In this document: positions 31,471 through 38,102 of the stretch, piece after piece
Position numbering within the stretch: position 1 is the first letter of the stretch
Layout: every line of letters starts with the position of its first letter
Assembly (NCBI GenBank): GCA_033762915.1
Contig: JANRLD010000077.1
Coordinates: 1 to 38,102 of the forward strand
DNA: 38,102 bases
DNA from: Meiothermus sp.
Lineage (GTDB): Bacteria; Deinococcota; Deinococci; Deinococcales; Thermaceae
Direction: 5' to 3'
The notes under the pieces: model-generated
Told to the model about the DNA's origin: nothing
The model's input: the letters and a program-made list of their open reading frames with translations, nothing else
The model's database searches: none
Position numbers and translations under genes: made by a program

Positions 31471-32244
31471 GATGGCTGGAACCTGCGTCTGGCTCGCGCC
31501 GTTCTGCCGCTGGCCGCGCTTGAAGATCAGCGCCTCGCCGACCCGGCCCTCGAGGATCGGGACGGCGGGAGAGGCGGCGATCTGGGCGCAGAAGGGCACG
31601 TCGGACTCGAGGCCCACCTGGCGCAGCGCGGCGGCGGCCCCGGAGAGGTTGAGGGGCTCCTCGGGGTCGGGGTAGGTGCGGCGGGTGGCGAGGGCGGTGA
31701 TGGCCCCGTCCTCGAGTTCGTAGCCACCCCCCGGGGCGGAGCCGCCCATGATTTGCAGGAACTCCGAGAGCACGCCTGCGGTGTAGGTGTCGTCGAGGCC
31801 GGAGTAGCGCCCGCCTCGGCCCGCGCAGAGGATCGCCACCTCCTCGCTGGCGAGCTGGTTGGCCAGCCTGGCGGCGGCGTGGGCGTTGTAGAGCGAGGCC
31901 AGCAGGACGTGCTTGGCGCTCTTGGCGGCGAGGTGGGCGGCCTTGGTGCCGTTGGTGGTGCACATCACCACGGTCTTGCCGCCGACCGGGGCCTCCTTGG
32001 CCTCGCGGGGCGAGTTGCCGTAGTTGAAGCCAAGCGGCTTCAGCCCGCCCTCCTCGCCCGCGAGCACCACGTCGCTGGACCTGAAGGCCCTGGCGGCCTC
32101 GAGGGTGCTGGTTAGGTACAAGGCGCTGGCCCCGGCCTCGAGGAAGGCCGCTGCCGTGGTGGTGGCGCGGATCACGTCCACCACCAGCACCACGTCGGCG
32201 TAGGCCAGGCCCTCCTGGGGCACCAGGTCAACCCGCAACCGCAT
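31468..32244 (-). CDS. comB: 2-phosphosulfolactate phosphatase family protein
   Basis: [31 protein letters not shown]. Confidence 0.9.
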   Translation of the reverse strand: MRLRVDLVPQEGLAYADVVLVVDVIRATTTAAAFLEAGASALYLTSTLEAARAFRSSDVVLAGEEGGLKPLGFNYGNSPREAKEAPVGGKTVVMCTTNGTKAAHLAAKSAKHVLLASLYNAHAAARLANQLASEEVAILCAGRGGRYSGLDDTYTAGVLSEFLQIMGGSAPGGGYELEDGAITALATRRTYPDPEEPLNLSGAAAALRQVGLESDVPFCAQIAASPAVPILEGRVGEALIFKRGQRQNGASQTQVPAI

Positions 32245-32893
32245 AGGCACTCCTCAAAGCCCGCAGGTTGTGCGCCAGGTCGCCCGAGAAGAGTACGGAG
32301 CCCGCCACCAAGACCTCGGCACCGGCCGACACTGCCTGGGGGGCAGTTTGCAGGTTGATGCCGCCGTCGACCTCGATGAGGCAGTGCGGGTTGAGCTGGT
32401 CGCGCAGGTTTTTGAGCGCCCGAAGGCGCTCGAGGCTTCGAGGAATGAACTGCTGCCCGCCGAAGCCGGGGTTGACGGTCATCAGCAGAACCAGGTCGAG
32501 GTCGGGCAGAACCGGCTCGAGGGCGCTCACCGGGGTGCCGGGGTTGATCGCCACGCCCGCCTTCAAGCCCAGCTCGCGGATCTGCTGCACGGCCCGGTGG
32601 AGGTTGGGGGTGGCCTCGGCGTGGACGGTCAGGCCGTCGGCCCCGGCCCTGGCGAAAGCGGGCAGGAACTTCTCGGGTTCGACGATCATCAGGTGAACGT
32701 CCAGGGGCAGCCGGGTCACCCGCCGCACCGCCTCGAGCACCACCAGCCCGAAGCTGATGTTGGGCACGAAGCGCCCGTCCATCACGTCGAAGTGCACCCA
32801 GTCGGCCCCGGCCTCCTCGGCGGCCCGCACCTCCTCGCCCAGGCGGGCGAAGTCGGCGGCCAGAATCGATGGGGCGATCTTTACCTGAGCCAT
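32228..32893 (-). CDS. rpe: Ribulose-phosphate 3-epimerase
   Basis: [46 protein letters not shown]. Confidence 0.97.
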   Translation of the reverse strand: MAQVKIAPSILAADFARLGEEVRAAEEAGADWVHFDVMDGRFVPNISFGLVVLEAVRRVTRLPLDVHLMIVEPEKFLPAFARAGADGLTVHAEATPNLHRAVQQIRELGLKAGVAINPGTPVSALEPVLPDLDLVLLMTVNPGFGGQQFIPRSLERLRALKNLRDQLNPHCLIEVDGGINLQTAPQAVSAGAEVLVAGSVLFSGDLAHNLRALRSAYAVAG

Positions 32894-33345
32894 AGGGGAG
32901 TGAGGAATGTTACCAGATCGGGCCCGGCCCGTGTATTAGAGACGTAACGCCCAAGTTATGGGACGTGGGCAAGAAATCCGAATCGTTAAGGCGGTTTGCC
33001 CTATCCCTGCACCCCTGCCACGGCGGGGACGGAGTGTAGTCCCAAGGCTTTCGCAGCGGCAGGGCTTGAGAGAGGGCTGTACGGTCAAATCCCTCATCTT
33101 TGCCTTCATCAAAGCCGTTACGCCCAGCCCCTTAACGCACGCTTCATGGCCGGACCGTGCTCGAGAAAGCCCTCGGCCACGACCTTCTTGCCGACGGGCT
33201 GGCGGCCCATCCAGAACCGAGATTAGATGTGTGGCTTTCCCTATAAAACGGCTTCAACGCTGGCTAAACTTCGGGTTCACCCGCCCTCCTTAGGGTGAAA
33301 TGCGGAGCCGATTACGCGCCCCACAAAAAAACTTAGGAGGTCTTG

Positions 33346-34896
33346 ATGCGAAGTAAACGTCTGTTCGTCGTACCTTTCGCGCTGGCGGTGTTTTTTGGGG
33401 TTTTCGCCGGCGCCCAGCAGACCCAGCCGCGCCAGTTTTCCGACGTGCCCGCCGGCCACTGGGCGCGTCAGGCGGTGGAGTTTGCGGTGCAGTGCGGGCT
33501 GGTGGAGGGCTTCCCCGACGGCACGTTTAGGGGCAATTCCGGCCTGACCCGCTACCAGGTGGCCCTGATCTTCTTCCGCATGTTCGAGCAGCAGCGCTCG
33601 GCGAGCCTCAGCCAGGAGTGCCGCCTGGGCGCGCAGCAGGCCGCGCAGAGCGTGGGCCCCGAGTTGCAGGCCCTCACCCAGCGCTTCGAGCAGCTCGAGA
33701 CCGCCAGCCGCGACCGCGAGACCCGCCTGGCCGCGCTCGAGACCGAGGTGCGCGCGGCGGCCCAGGCCGCCCAGCAGGTGCAGGCCCTATCGACCCGCCT
33801 CGATACCCTCGAGGGCCGCGTTCAGCAGCTGGGCGCCCAGCCCGCCCAGCCGCAGGCCCAGACCCCCCCGGCCCAGGAGGGCCCCACCGCCGCCGAGCTT
33901 CAGGCCCGCATCGCCGCCCTCGAGCAGCAGGTGCGCACCCTGAGCAGCGCCTCCGCGCCCCAGGCCCAGCCCGCCCAGCCTGCCCAGCCCGGCCCCGAGG
34001 TGGCCGCCCTCGAGGCCCGCATTGCCACGCTGGAGACGCAGGTGCGCACCCAGGCCGCTGCGCCGGCCCAACCGGCTGTGCCGGCCCAACCGGCCGCAGC
34101 CGCGGCCGACACCGCAGCCCTCGAGGCCCGCATCGGGGCACTGGAGACGCAGGCCCGCCAGCAGGCTGCTGCACCCGCCCAGCCCGCCCCCAACACCGCA
34201 GCGCTCGAGAGCCGCATCGCCGCCCTCGAAGCCAGACCGGCCCCCGCCGCGCCCAACACCTCGGCGCTGGAGGGCCGCATCAACACCCTCGAGCAGCAGG
34301 CCCGCAACCAGCCCGCCGCCGTCGAGCCCGCCCGCGTCTCGGCGCTGGAGGAGCAGGTGCGCGTCCTCAACACCCAGGTAGGCGAGCTGCGGGCGGCCCA
34401 GGCCCCGCCTGCCGCCACCCCGCCCGCCGCCGCCCCGACGCCCCCCGCCCCGTCTGCCGAGCCCGAGCTGCGCCCCGCCCCCGCTGCCCCGGCCCGGCGC
34501 GTGCCCAACTTCTACCTTGGCGCGGGCGTGGGCCTGACCAACGCGCTGGCCTCCGGCGACCTGGGTCTCCAACTAAACGGTGGCGGCTTCGTGGGCCTGC
34601 GCTCGCTGCTGCTGGGCTTCGGCCTGCGGGCGGGTGCCAACTACAACTTCAACAGCGGCGCCTTGGCCGGACAGTTCTTCCTCACCCGCGACTCCAACCC
34701 CGGCGGCTTCAACCCCTACCTGGGCCTCGGCGCGACCGTCGGCCTCAGCGGTGACACCAACATCTACGGCACTGCCCTGCTGGGCGTGGACCTCCTCAAC
34801 CTGGGGCCGCTGGGCCTCTTCGCCGAGGTCACCCCGCAGTTCCTGGGCAACGGCTTCGGCATCGGGGCTAAGGCCGGTCTGAAGCTGAACTTCTAG
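33346..34896 (+). CDS. SLH-domain envelope protein with repeated coiled-coil/Pro-Ala-Gln stalk and C-terminal beta-barrel
   Basis: Signal peptide, FSDVPAGHWA..GLVEGFPDGTFRG..TRYQVA, about 8 ALExRIxxLExQ repeats, amphipathic strands ending in LKLNF; AGGAGG RBS. Confidence 0.88.
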   Translation: MRSKRLFVVPFALAVFFGVFAGAQQTQPRQFSDVPAGHWARQAVEFAVQCGLVEGFPDGTFRGNSGLTRYQVALIFFRMFEQQRSASLSQECRLGAQQAAQSVGPELQALTQRFEQLETASRDRETRLAALETEVRAAAQAAQQVQALSTRLDTLEGRVQQLGAQPAQPQAQTPPAQEGPTAAELQARIAALEQQVRTLSSASAPQAQPAQPAQPGPEVAALEARIATLETQVRTQAAAPAQPAVPAQPAAAAADTAALEARIGALETQARQQAAAPAQPAPNTAALESRIAALEARPAPAAPNTSALEGRINTLEQQARNQPAAVEPARVSALEEQVRVLNTQVGELRAAQAPPAATPPAAAPTPPAPSAEPELRPAPAAPARRVPNFYLGAGVGLTNALASGDLGLQLNGGGFVGLRSLLLGFGLRAGANYNFNSGALAGQFFLTRDSNPGGFNPYLGLGATVGLSGDTNIYGTALLGVDLLNLGPLGLFAEVTPQFLGNGFGIGAKAGLKLNF

Positions 34897-35042
34897 AGCG
34901 GTTCCCACGCCTACTCCCTACGGCGCTAAAGCGGGCGGTTTTTGCTGTAGAGCGGTTGCCACGAACACTCGGTACGGCGGTTGTTGCCAGACCGAGTGCA
35001 CGACTCCGCACCGTGGGCGGAGTAGTGGTGGAAAACGCGATA
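34894..35042. mobile_element. Two tandem MITE family A copies (partial 34894-34949, full 34948-35042)
   Basis: TAGAGCGGTTCCCACG and TAGAGCGGTTGCCACG starts; end GTGGAAAACGCGATA. The first TA is part of the SLH gene TAG stop. Confidence 0.75.
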
Positions 35043-35059
35043 ATGCTCAGGCTCGAGGG

Positions 35060-35090
35060 CGCCCCGCACGAAGCTGTGCGGGGCGTTTTT
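35060..35090 (+). terminator. Intrinsic terminator after the SLH gene
   Basis: CGCCCCGCAC-gaagct-GTGCGGGGCG-TTTTT. Confidence 0.8.
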
Positions 35091-35202
35091 CTTCAGCCGA
35101 AGCGTCAGACCAGCAGCAAAGCCCCGACGGCGGCAGGGGAGAGCAACGCCGCCACCCCCAGCACGACCACAATGGCCGCGCCCAGCGGGTTCAGAAACGC
35201 CG

Positions 35203-35679
35203 TCAGATTTTCCGCCCTTCCCCGCCCCAGCCCGCGTAGCAGTAGAAGTGGCCGCGCTCGCCCTTGAGGTAGTCGGAGAGGGGCTCCAAGAGCGGCTGGT
35301 GCTCATCGAGCTTTTGCAGCACCTCCTCGGGGGTGAAGAAACGCGCCTCGACGATGTGGCCGTCGGGGTCGCGGGGGTTGAGCAGGCCGTCGTACTCGGC
35401 GCGGAAGGCCATCGCTATGGTGCGCTCGTTGCGCTTGGCGTCCTCGATCTGCACCACATAGGCCAGGTGCTGGATGGCCTTCACGCGCAGGCCGGTCTCC
35501 TCGCGCACCTCGCGCACCACCGCGTCGAGCATCACCTCGCCGTTCTCCACCATCCCGCCGGGCAGGGTGTAGCGCCACTTGCCCCGGCGGCTCCAGTCGT
35601 TGGCGACCAGCAAGACCCGCCCCTGTTTGTCCATCAGGATGGCGGCCACCACCAATAGGTCACGTCTCAATCCCTGCAC
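35203..35679 (-). CDS. NUDIX hydrolase
   Basis: Nudix box PGGMVENGEVMLDAVVREVREETGL. Confidence 0.92.
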   Translation of the reverse strand: MQGLRRDLLVVAAILMDKQGRVLLVANDWSRRGKWRYTLPGGMVENGEVMLDAVVREVREETGLRVKAIQHLAYVVQIEDAKRNERTIAMAFRAEYDGLLNPRDPDGHIVEARFFTPEEVLQKLDEHQPLLEPLSDYLKGERGHFYCYAGWGGEGRKI

Positions 35680-35697
35680 GATGCACCGCCTCTCGCG

Positions 35698-36768
<1,071 letters not shown>

Positions 36769-37114
36769 AGGCGCTCACTGTGTATCAGGATACCGCCTAA
36801 CCGCCGAATGCGGGGGCCGGACGCCACGTTTGGCCAGGGGTTGCCCGGGGTGGCCTACGGCCCCGCGGCGCTCGAGGCTCCCGCAGGCCCGGCCCCGGCC
36901 GACCTCCGGATTAGAACCGGATGAAAGGCCGGGTGCGCGGCAGCGAAGCCCTCGAGCAATTCCGTCTGGGCGCTGCTTCGGGAGGGCATTCGCGGGCTGC
37001 CGCCCGCCCGGCCACGCCACCGCTGCGGGGTTCAAGATTAAGTGATCTTTGGGCACTTCACAGACTCGGCCCCCCTTCACCCCCTACCATTGGGCAGGTT
37101 GGAGGAGGATGAGA

Positions 37115-37864
37115 ATGAAGAAGACCCTAATAGGACTCCTGGCTCCCTTGGCGCTGGGCGGCATGGCCCTGGCCGACGGCTTTTCGATCACCGGCAATCT
37201 CCAGTTTCTGCCCCAGTTTGGACTGATCGGGGGGCAGTTCAGCACCCCCTACCGCAGCTATCGGGGTACCGCGCTTAACTACACCGCCAACCTCACCGAC
37301 AACGTGCTGGTGGGGGCCAGCCTGCGGCCCGGCTACTTCGGCGGGCTGTTTGCCCTGGCCAGCCGGGTGGGCGGGGTGGCGGTGATTAACCTCGACCGCA
37401 ACCCCAGCGGCTACATCGAGGCGGCCTTCCGGCTGGGCTCCAACCAGGTCATTGTGCCTGGCCCCTTCGCCTTCGACTTCGACGCCGGGGCGGAAATCTT
37501 TGCCACCCAGCGCCTCGCCGGCGCGGTGGTGCTCTACGGCGGTGCGGGCCTCGAGGCCACCCTGCTGGTCGCGCCGAACCTGGCCCTGACCCCCTCGCTC
37601 AACGGCTTCACCGGCCTCAAGCTCGAGCTGACCCCCGCGCTGGAGGCCTACCTCGAGGGCGGCCTGCGCTACACCTTCGGCGGCCTCAACACCCTGGCCT
37701 TCGACCTGACCAGCTCTGCCTATTACGAAATCCAGCGCGGCCTGCGGGTGGGCCTCTACACCGGCATCTTTGGCACCAACACCACCAACTTCAAGCTCGG
37801 CATTGCGGGCGAGTGGACCGAGAAGCCCGAGACCCTGGGGACGCCGGGGAACTACCTGCCCTAA
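37115..37864 (+). CDS. Secreted putative outer-membrane beta-barrel protein
   Basis: GGAGG RBS, signal peptide MKKTLIGLLAPLALGGMALA, alternating hydrophobic beta-strand pattern. Confidence 0.7.
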   Translation: MKKTLIGLLAPLALGGMALADGFSITGNLQFLPQFGLIGGQFSTPYRSYRGTALNYTANLTDNVLVGASLRPGYFGGLFALASRVGGVAVINLDRNPSGYIEAAFRLGSNQVIVPGPFAFDFDAGAEIFATQRLAGAVVLYGGAGLEATLLVAPNLALTPSLNGFTGLKLELTPALEAYLEGGLRYTFGGLNTLAFDLTSSAYYEIQRGLRVGLYTGIFGTNTTNFKLGIAGEWTEKPETLGTPGNYLP

Positions 37865-38026
37865 GAGCGTGTTTATGAACCACTTCATGAACCCTGTTTA
37901 GCCCAGTTCTTTCAGTAATACGACGATTCAAGGGCATTCGCCTACGGCTCACTCCCTCACCCAGGGCAACCGCAAAGTCGGGTTTTTGGGAGCAACTCCG
38001 AAAGCCAGCAGGCATAACCATGAAGT

Positions 38027-38060
38027 CCACCCCTACAGCGTAGGGGTGGGTAGGGCGGGG
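38027..38060. repeat. GTAG-class REP-like palindrome
   Basis: CCACCCCTAC-agc-GTAGGGGTGG followed by another GTAGGGCGG. Confidence 0.5.
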
Positions 38061-38102
38061 TTTGTTCCGCGCTGACCCATGTATTCGCTGACTGAATGGG
38101 CG

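Noticed and set aside
36769..37100. ncRNA or small ORF between prfA and the barrel gene
   Set aside because: GC-rich sequence with no recognisable RNA family motif and no convincing ORF.

Overview
GC-rich chromosomal segment from a member of the Thermaceae (Deinococcota), most like Meiothermus/Calidithermus, judged by protein style, SLH-anchored outer-membrane protein and many leaderless genes. Coding content is mostly housekeeping: hslVU, ligA, a BMP-type nucleoside ABC pair, ftsH, a SIS protein, alkA, purN, an MFS transporter, patB, a 2OG-Fe(II) oxygenase, a WD40 protein, slyD, an amidase, an attenuated trpE-trpG-trpD operon interrupted by extra genes, a HAD hydrolase, a hydrolase-SPFH-RHH-PH operon, a solitary holin-like gene, comB-like phosphatase, rpe, an SLH/coiled-coil/beta-barrel protein, NUDIX, prfA and a beta-barrel protein. 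No rRNA, tRNA, CRISPR array or intact transposase was recognised. The more unusual signals are non-coding or sub-genic. (1) The palindrome CTCGAG occurs about 150 times by hand count, roughly ten-fold over expectation, in all reading frames. (2) A near-consensus Deinococcus RDRM/DdrO-type operator sits on the -35 of the orphan holin-like gene. (3) A HIT protein fused to a deleted TrpRS remnant is translationally coupled inside the trp operon. (4) Three perfect tandem DnaA boxes lie upstream of purN. (5) A repeat-derived insert between hslV and hslU carries an ORF coupled to both genes. (6) There are two MITE families, heptamer repeats and REP-like palindromes. The poly-G run at the left edge is probably a sequencing artefact.
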